In this document: positions 35,348-44,029 of the stretch, one piece after another | Numbering within the stretch: the first letter of the stretch is position 1 | Layout of the letters: the number at the start of each line of letters is the position of its first letter | Origin: Chiloscyllium plagiosum | Taxonomy: Eukaryota | DNA length: 44,029 bases | Assembly: GCF_004010195.1 (NCBI RefSeq) | Contig: NW_025214458.1 | Location: forward strand, 1-44,029 | Direction of reading: 5' to 3' | The notes under the pieces: generated by a model | What the model was told of the DNA's origin: nothing | What the model saw: only the letters and a program-made list of their open reading frames with translations | The model's database searches: none | Position numbers and translations under genes: made by a program

Positions 35348-38300
35348 GATGGTTACTGTACAGTGGGAGGTATGTCGGGATGTGATGGCTACAGCACAGT
35401 GGGATGTATGTCGGGCCGTGAAAGTTACTGTACAGTGGGAGTTGTGTCAGGCCGTGATGGTTACTGTACAGCGGGATGTATGTCGGACCGTGATGGTTTC
35501 TGTGCAGTGGAAGGTATGTCGGGCCGTGACTGTTACTGTACAGTGGGAGTTATGTCGGGCCGTGACGGTTACTGTACAGTGGGAGTTATGTCGGGGTGTG
35601 ATAGTTACTGTACAGTTGTGGTATGTCGGGCCGTGATGGTTCCTGTAAAATGGGAGGTATGTCGGACCGTGACTGTTACTGTGCAGTGGGAGGTATGTCG
35701 GGCCGTGACGTTTACTGTACATTGGGAGGTATGTCGGGATGTGATATTTACAGTACAGTGGGAGGTATGTCAGGCCGTGACTGTTACTGTATAGTGGGTG
35801 GTATGTCGGGCCGTGATGGTTACTGTACACTGGGAGTTAGGTCGGGATGTGATGGTTACTGTACAGTGGAGGTATGTCGGGCCGTGATGGTTACTGTACA
35901 GTGTATGGTATGTCGGGCTTAGATCGTTACTGTATAGTGGGAGGTATGTCGGGTCGTGACCGTGACTTTACAGTGGATGGTATGTCGGGCTTAGATGGTT
36001 ACTGTACAGTGGGAGGTATGTCGGGCTGTGACCGTGACTGTATGATAGAAGATATGTCGGGGTGTGATGGTTACTGTACAGTGGGAGGTATGTCGGGCTT
36101 TGATGGTTACTGTACAGTGTGAGGCATGTCGTGATGTGATGGTTACTGTACAGTGGCAGGTGTGTTGGGCGGTGATGTTTACTGTAAAAAGGGTTGTACG
36201 TCGGGCCGTGATGTTTACTGTACAGTGGGAGGTATGTCGCGCCGCGATGCTTGATGTAATGTGGGAGATATGTCGGGCTGTGATGGTTACTGTAAATGAG
36301 AGGTATGCCGGGCCGTGATGGTTACTGTACAGACGGAGGTATGTCAGACCGGGATGGTTACTGTTCAGTGGGAAGTATGTGAGGCCTTGATGGTTTCTGT
36401 ACAGTGGGAGGTATGTCGGGCCGTGATGGTGTCTGTACAGTGGGTGGTATTTCGGGCCGTGATGGTGACTGTACATTGGGAGGTATGTCGGGCCGTGATG
36501 GTTACTGTACAGTCGGAGGTATGTGGGGTTGTGTTGGTTATCGTACAGTGGGAGAAATGTCAAGCAGCGACTGTTACTGTACAGTGGGAAGTTTGTCGGG
36601 CCATGACTATTACTGTACAGTGGGAGGTATGTCGGGATGTGATGGCTACAGCACAGTGGGATGTATGTCGGGCCGTGAAAGTTACTGTACAGTGGGAGTT
36701 GTGTCAGGCCGTGATGGTTACTGTTCACTGGGAGGCACGTGTGGCCGTGATGGTTACTGTACAGTGGGAGGTATGTCGGACCGTGATGGTTTCTGTGCAG
36801 TGGAAGGTATGTCGGGCCGTGACTGTTACTGTACAGTGGGAGTTATGTCGGGCCGTGACGGTTACTGTAAAGTGGGAGTTAAATCAGGGTGTGATAGTTA
36901 CTGTACAGTTGGTGGTATGTCGGGCCGTGATGGTTCCTGTAAAATGGGAGGTATGTCGGGCCGTGACTGTTTCTCTGCAGAGGGAGGTATGTCGGGCCGT
37001 GACGTTTACAGTACAGTGGGAGGTATGTCAGGCCGTGACTGTTACTGTATAGTGGGTGGTATGTCGGGCCGTGATGGTTACTGTACACTGGGAGTTACGT
37101 CGTGATATGATGGTTACTATACAGTGGAGGTATGTAGGGCCGTGACTGTTACTCTACAGTGTGAGGTATATCGGGCCGTGACGTTTACTGTACATTGGGC
37201 GGTATATCGGGCCGTGATGTTTACAGTACAGTGGGAGGTATGTCGGACCGTGACTGTTACTGTCTCGTGGGTGGTATGTCGGGCCGTGATGGTTACTTTA
37301 CTGTGGGAGGTATGTCGAGGTGTGATGGTTTCTGTACAGTGGGATGTATGTCGGGCTTTGGTGGTTACTGTACAGTGGGAAGTATGTCGGGCGGTGACGG
37401 TTACTGTACAGTGGGAGGTCCTTCGGGGTGTGATGGTTACTGTACAGTGGGAGTTATGCCGGGCCGTGCTGATTACTGTACAGTTGGAGAAGTGTCTGGT
37501 CGTTCTCGTTACTGTACAGTGGGTGGTATGGCAGGCTGTGATAGTTACTGTACAGTGGGACGTATGTCGGGCCGTGATGGCTCCTGTACAGTGGGAGGTA
37601 GGTCTAGCCATGATGGTTACTGTACAGTGGGAGGTATGTCTGGCCGTGACGGTAACTGTACAGTGGGAGGTATGTCGAGCAGTGATGGTTACTGCACAAT
37701 GGCAGGAATTTCGGCCGTGATGTTTACTGTACAGTGGGAGGTGTTTCGGTCCGAGATGATTATTGTACAGTGGGGGGTTAAGTTGGGCTGTGATGGTTAC
37801 TGTACAGTTTCAGGTATGTCGGGCCGTGACTGTTACTGTACAGTGAGTGGTATGTCGGGCCGTGATGGTTCCTGTACAGTGGGATGTATGCCGGGCCGTG
37901 ACTGTTACTGTACAGTTGGAGGTATGTCGGGGTGTGATGGTTACTGTCCAGTGGGAGTTATGTCGGGCCGTGATGGTTACTGTACAGTGTGAGGTATGTC
38001 GGGCCCTGACTGTTACTGTACTGTGGGAGTTATGCCGGGCCGTGCTGATTACTGTACAGTTGGAGAAGTGTCTGGTCGTGCTCGTTACTGTACAGTGGGT
38101 GGTATGGCAGGCTGTGATAGTTACTGTACAGTGGGACGTATGTCGGGCCGTGATGGCTCCTGTACAGTGGGAGGTAGGTCTAGCCATGATGGTTACTGTA
38201 CAGTGGGAGGTATGTCTGGCCGTGACGGTTACTGTACAGTGGGAGGTATGTCGAGCGGTGATGGTTACTGCACAATGGCAGGAATTTCGGGCCGTGATGT

Positions 38301-38396
38301 TTACTGTACAGTGGGAGGTGTTTCGGTCCGAGATGATTATTGTACAGTGGGGGGTTAAGTTGGGCTGTGATGGTTACTGTACAGTTTCAGGTATGT

Positions 38397-38851
38397 CGGG
38401 CCGTGACTGTTACTGTACAGTGAGTGGTATGTCGGGCCGTGATGGTTCCTGTACAGTGGGATGTATGCCGGGCCGTGACTGTTACTGTACAGTGAGTGGT
38501 ATGTCGGGCCGTGATGGTTCCTGTACAGTGGGATGTATGCCGGGCCGTGACTGTTACTGTACAGTGAGTGGTATGTCGGGCCGTGATGGTTCCTGTACAG
38601 TGGGATGTATGCCGGGCCGTGACTGTTACTGTACAGTGAGTGGTATGTCGGGCCGTGATGGTTCCTGTACAGTGGGATGTATGCCGGGCCGTGACTGTTA
38701 CTGTACAGTGAGTGGTATGTCGGGCCGTGATGGTTCCTGTACAGTGGGATGTATGCCGGGCCGTGACTGTTACTGTACAGTGAGTGGTATGTCGGGCCGT
38801 GATGGTTCCTGTACAGTGGGATGTATGCCGGGCCGTGACTGTTACTGTACA
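38397..38851. repeat. 72-bp dimer expansion (2x36), about 6.3 identical copies
   Basis: Lines 38401 and 38761 are identical (5x72). The translation repeats GRDCYCTVSGMSGRDGSCTVGCMP. Confidence 0.95.
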
Positions 38852-41213
38852 CCGTGATGTTTCCTGCATAGTAGCAGGTGTGTCGGGCCGTGACGGTTAC
38901 TGTGCAGTGGGAGGTGTGTCGCTGTGACGGTTACTGTAGAGTGGGAGGCATGTCGGACTGTGATAGTTACTGGACACTGGGAGGTAGGTGGGGGTGTGTT
39001 GGTTACTGTACAGTGTCCGGCGTTTTGGGCCGTGATGTTTACTGTACAGTGAGAGGTAGGCCGGGCCGTGACGGTTACTGAACAGGGGGAGGTATGTCGG
39101 GCCGCGATGCTTGCTGTAAAGTGGGATGTAAGTCGGGCCGTGATGGTTACTGTACAGTGGGAGTTATGTCGGGCCGTGATGGTTACTGTACAGCCGGAGG
39201 TATGTCAGACCGGGATGGTTACTGTTCAGTGGGAAGTATGTGAGGCCTTGATGGTTTCTGTACAGTGGGAGGTATGTCGGGCCGTGATGGTATCTGTACA
39301 GTGGGTGGTATTTCGGGCCGTGATGGTTACTGTACATTGGGAGGTATGTCGGGCCGTGATGGTTACTGTACAATCGGAGGTATGTGGGGTTGTGTTGGTT
39401 ATCGTACAGTGGGAGAAATGTCAGGCAGCGACTGTTACTCTACAGTGGGTGGTATGTCGGGCCGTGATGGTTACTGTACAGTGGGAGGTATGTCAGGCCG
39501 TGATGGTTACTGTACAGTGGGAGGTATGTCGGACCGTGATGGTTTCTCTACAGTGGGAGGTATGTCGGGCCGTGATGGTTACTGTACAGTGGGAGGTATA
39601 TCGGGCTTTGATGGTTACTGTACAGTGGGTGGTATGTCGGGTTGTGATGGTTACTGTACAGTGAGAGGTGTGTCGGGCCTTGATGGTTACTGTACAATGG
39701 CAGGTATGTCGGGCGGCGATGGTTACTGTACAGTGGGTGGTATGTCGGAATTTGATGGTTAATGTACAGTGGGAGGTATGTTTGGCCGTGACGGTTACTG
39801 TACGGTTGGAGGAATGTCGGGGTGTGATGGTTACTATACAGTGGGAGGTATATCGGGCTTTGATGGTTACTGTACAGTGGGAGGTATGTCGGGCCGTGAT
39901 GGTTACAGTTCAGTGGGATGTATGTCGGGGTGTGACGGTTATGGTACAGTGGGAGGTATGTCGGGATGTGACGTTTACTGGACAGTGGGAGGTACATCTT
40001 GCCGTGATGGTTACTGTACAGTGGGAGGCATGTCAGTCCGTGATGGATACTGTACAGTGGGAGGTGTGTCAGGGTGTGATGGTTAGTGTGCAGTGCGAGA
40101 TATGATGGGCTGTGATGGTTACTGTACAGTTGGAGGTGTGTCGGGCCGTGACTGTTACTTTACAGTGGGAGGTATGTCGGGCCGTGACGGTTACTGTACA
40201 GTGGGAGGTATGTCAGGCCGACACTGTTACTGTACAGTGGGAGGTATGTCGGGCCGTGACTGTTACTTTACAGTGGGAGGTATGTCAGGCCCTGACGGTT
40301 ACTGTACAGTGGGAGGTATGTCAGGCCGAGACTGTTACTGTACAGTGGGAGGTATGTCGGGCCGTGACGGTTACTGTACAGTGGGAGGTATGTCAGGCCC
40401 GAGACTGTTACTGTACAGTGGGAGGTATGTCGGGCCGTCATGGTTCCTGTACAGTGGGAAGTATGTCGGGCCATGACTATTACTGTACAGTGGGAGCTAT
40501 GTCGGGGAGTGAGGGCTACTGCACCGTGGGACGTATGTCGTGCCGTGACGCTTGCTGTACAGTGGGAGGTATGTCAGACTGTGATGGGTACTGTACAGTG
40601 TGAGGTATATCGGGCCGTGACTGTTCCTGTACAGTGGGAGGTATGTCGGGCCCTGACGGATACTGTACAGTATGAGGTATGTCGGGACGTGATTGATACT
40701 CTATAGTGGGAGGAATGTCAGGCCGTGACTGTTACTGTACAGTGGGTGGTATCCGGGACCGTGATGGTTTCGTCATTGTGGGAGCTATGTCAGGCCGTTA
40801 TGTTTACTGTACAGTGGGAGGTGTTTCGGGGTGTGATGATTACTGTACAGTGGTTGGGATGTCGGACCGTGATGGTTACTGTACAGTGGGAGGTGTTTCG
40901 GGCCGTGATGATTATTGTACAGTGCGGGGTATGTTGGGCTGCGATGGTTACTGTACTGTTGGAGGTACGTCGGGCCGAGATGGTTACTGTACAGTGGGTG
41001 GTATGCTGGTTCCGTGATGGTTACTGTACAGTGGGTGGCATGTCGGTCTTAGATGGTTACTGTACAGTGGGAGGTATGTAGGGCCGTGACGGTTAATGAA
41101 CGGTTGGAGGTATGTCGGGGTGTGATGGTTACTGTACAGTGGGAGGTATGTCGGGCTTTGATGGTTACTGTACAGTGGGTGGCATGTCGGTCTTAGATGG
41201 TTACTGTACAGTG

Positions 41214-42107
41214 GGAGGTATGTCGGGGTGTGATGGTTACTGTACAGTGGCAGGTGTCTTGGGCGGTGATGTTTACTGTACATAGGGTGGTACGTCTGGC
41301 CGTGATGGTTACTGTACAGTGGGAGGTATGTAGGGCCGTGACGGTTAATGAACGGTTGGAGGTATGTCGGGGTGTGATGGTTACTGTACAGTGGCAGGTG
41401 TCTTGGGCGGTGATGTTTACTGTACATAGGGTGGTACGTCTGGCCGTGATGGTTACTGTACAGTGGGAGGTATGTAGGGCCGTGACGGTTAATGAACGGT
41501 TGGAGGTATGTCGGGGTGTGATGGTTACTGTACAGTGGCAGGTGTCTTGGGCGGTGATGTTTACTGTACATAGGGTGGTACGTCTGGCCGTGATGGTTAC
41601 TGTACAGTGGGAGGTATGTAGGGCCGTGACGGTTAATGAACGGTTGGAGGTATGTCGGGGTGTGATGGTTACTGTACAGTGGCAGGTGTCTTGGGCGGTG
41701 ATGTTTACTGTACATAGGGTGGTACGTCTGGCCGTGATGGTTACTGTACAGTGGGAGGTATGTAGGGCCGTGACGGTTAATGAACGGTTGGAGGTATGTC
41801 GGGGTGTGATGGTTACTGTACAGTGGCAGGTGTCTTGGGCGGTGATGTTTACTGTACATAGGGTGGTACGTCTGGCCGTGATGGTTACTGTACAGTGGGA
41901 GGTATGTAGGGCCGTGACGGTTAATGAACGGTTGGAGGTATGTCGGGGTGTGATGGTTACTGTACAGTGGCAGGTGTCTTGGGCGGTGATGTTTACTGTA
42001 CATAGGGTGGTACGTCTGGCCGTGATGGTTACTGTACAGTGGGAGGTATGTAGGGCCGTGACGGTTAATGAACGGTTGGAGGTATGTCGGGGTGTGATGG
42101 TTACTGT
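41214..42107. repeat. 144-bp tetramer expansion (4x36), about 6.2 identical copies
   Basis: Lines 41281 and 42001 are identical (5x144). The marker GGTTAATGAACGG recurs every 144 bp. Confidence 0.95.
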
Positions 42108-44029
42108 CAGTGGGAAGTACGTCGGGCAGTGATGGTTACTGTACAGTGGGAGGTATGTCGGACCGTGATGGTTACTGTACAGTGGGAGGTATGTCAGGCC
42201 GTGTCAATACAGTACAGTGGGAGGTATGTCGGGCCGTGATGGTTCCAGTACAGTGGGAGGTATGTCGGGCCGTGATGGTTACTGTACAGTGGGAGGTGTG
42301 TCGTGGTGTGATGGTTACTGTACAGTGAGAGGTAGGCCGGGCCTTGACGGTTACTGAACAGGGGGAGATATGTCGGGCCGCGATGCTTGCTGTAAAGTGG
42401 GAGGTATGTCGGGCCGTGATGGTGATTGTACAGACGGAGTTATGTCAGGCCGTGATGGCTACTGTACAGTGGGAGGTATGTGAGGCCGTGATGATTACTA
42501 CAGTGGGAGGTATGTCGGGCTTTGATGGTTACTGTACAGTGGGTGGTATGTCGGTACGTGATGGTTACTGTACAGTGGGAGGTATGACGGGCCGTGACTG
42601 CAACTGTGCAGTGGGAGGTATGTCGGGTTGTGATGGTTACTGTACAGTGGGAGGTGTGTCGGGCCTTGATGTTTACTGTACAGTGGGTGGTATGTCGGGA
42701 TTTGATGGTTACTGTACAGTGGGAGGTATATCGGCCCGTGACTGGTCTTGCACATTGGGAGGTCTGTCGGGGTATGATGGTCACTGTACAGTGCGAAGCA
42801 TGCCGTGGTGTGATGGTTACTGTACAGTGGGAGGTGTGTTGGGCCGTGATGGTTATTGTACAGTGGGAGGTATGTCAGGCCGTGATGGTTACTGTACAGT
42901 GGGAGGTGTTTCGGGCCGTGATGGTTACTGTACAGTGGGTCGTATGTCGGGCCGTGACGGTTACTGTACAGTGGGTGGTATGTCGGGCCGTGACGGTTAC
43001 TGTACAGTGGGAGGTTTGTCGGGCCGTGACGGGTATTGCACACTGGGAGGTCTGTCGGGGTTTGCTGGTTCCTGTACAGTGGCGGGTGTGTTGGGCCTTG
43101 ATGTTTACTGTACAGTGGGAGGTATTCTGGGCCGTGACGGTTACTGTATCGTGGGAGGTATGTCGGGCCGCGATGCTTACTGTAGAGTAGGCGGAATGCC
43201 GGGCCGTGTTGGTTACTGTACAGTGGGAGGTATGTCGGGCCGTGATGGTTACTGCACAGTGGGTGGTATGTTGGGCCGTGATGGTTACTGCACAGTGGGT
43301 GGTATGTTGGGCCGTGATGGTTACTGTACAGTGGGTGGTATATCGGGCTTAGATGGTTACTGTACAGTGGGAGTTAGGTCGGGCCGTGACGGTTACTGTA
43401 CTGTGGGAGGTATGTCGAGCCGTGATGGCAACTGTACAGTGGGTGGTATGTCGGGCCATGATGTTTACTGCACAGTGGCAGGTATGTCGGGCCATGATGG
43501 TTACTGTAGAGTGAGAGGTATGTCGGACTGTGATAGTTACTGCACAGTGGGAGGTATGTCGGGGTGTGATGGTTACTGTACAGTGGCAGGTGTGTTGGGC
43601 CCCAATGGTTACAGTACAGTGGGAGGCATGCCGGGCCTTGACGGTTACTGTACAGTGGGAGGTATGTCGGGGTGTGATGGTTAGTGTACAGTGGGAGGTA
43701 TATCGGGCTTTGATGGTTACTGTACAGTGGGAGGTATGTCGGACCGTGATGGTTACTGTACAGTGGGAGGTTTTTGGGGCCGTGATGTTTACAGCACAGT
43801 GGCAGGTATGTCGGGCCATGATGGTTACTGTAGATTGAGAGGTATGTCGGACTGTGATAGTTACTGCACAGTGGGAGGTAAGTCGGGGTGTGATGGTTAC
43901 TGTACAGTGGCAGGTGTGTTGGGCCCTAATGTTTACTGTACAGTGAGAGGTATGCCGGGCCATGAAGGTTACTGTACAGTGGTAGGTATGTCAGACCGCG
44001 ATGCTTCGTGTAAAGTGGGAGGTATGTCG

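Larger units (their letters stand above)
18985..44029. repeat. Satellite B: diverged 36-bp tandem repeat, consensus GTGATGGTTACTGTACAGTGGGAGGTATGTCGGGCC; runs off the window end
   Basis: Direct reading. The ORF translations have a 12-aa period (GRDGYCTVGGMS, PTYLPLYSNHHG). Several substitutions per monomer and occasional 1-bp indels. Confidence 0.99.

Noticed and set aside
18956..43963. The many repeat ORFs as CDS, including 24161..26809 and 24193..26787
   Set aside because: They overlap on both strands, follow from a stop-free 36-bp monomer, and are broken by frameshifts and stops. The longest ones coincide with the perfect 360-bp expansion.
1375..44029. CRISPR array (36-37-bp repeats with a palindrome)
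   Set aside because: The repeats are head-to-tail with no unique spacers, there are no cas genes, and the context is vertebrate retroelements.
18985..44029. GGAGGT-ATG as Shine-Dalgarno plus start codon
   Set aside because: Eukaryotic satellite context and zero spacing between the motif and ATG. Coincidental.
18985..44029. RSS-like elements in satellite B (TACAGTG heptamer-like, GGTTACTGT 7/9 to the reverse nonamer)
   Set aside because: The two motifs overlap and are in the wrong relative orientation, with no 12/23 spacing. The critical CAC is usually absent.
18985..44029. G-quadruplex or telomeric array
   Set aside because: Only two GGG runs per monomer with 9- and 21-nt loops, so canonical G4 potential is weak. 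No (TTAGGG)n tract.

Overview
Eukaryotic, essentially non-coding repeat DNA. It is most likely from a cartilaginous fish (shark-like), inferred from my recall of the retroelement sequences and not from a database search. Positions 1-~1370 are an AT-rich stack of decayed retroelements: a CR1-type LINE 3' tail, the end of an L1/Tx1-like ORF2 with its 3' UTR, and a CR1 reverse-transcriptase fragment split by a ~100-bp Penelope-type insert carrying a hammerhead-ribozyme-like core. Positions ~1375-18984 are a near-perfect 37-bp (CT)-rich satellite with a strict 627-bp (16x37+35) higher-order period, and it ends exactly in phase with that period. Positions 18985-44029 are a diverged 36-bp G/T-rich satellite (consensus GTGATGGTTACTGTACAGTGGGAGGTATGTCGGGCC) with a central 10-bp palindrome. 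It contains near-perfect 360-, 72- and 144-bp local expansions, older multi-kb duplications and two N gaps. Nearly all ORFs in the track are by-products of the 36-bp monomer being stop-free in 4 of 6 frames. I found no intact gene, CRISPR array or convincing new biological system. The most notable signals are the higher-order repeat architecture, which may be partly an assembly artefact, and the hammerhead-like insert.
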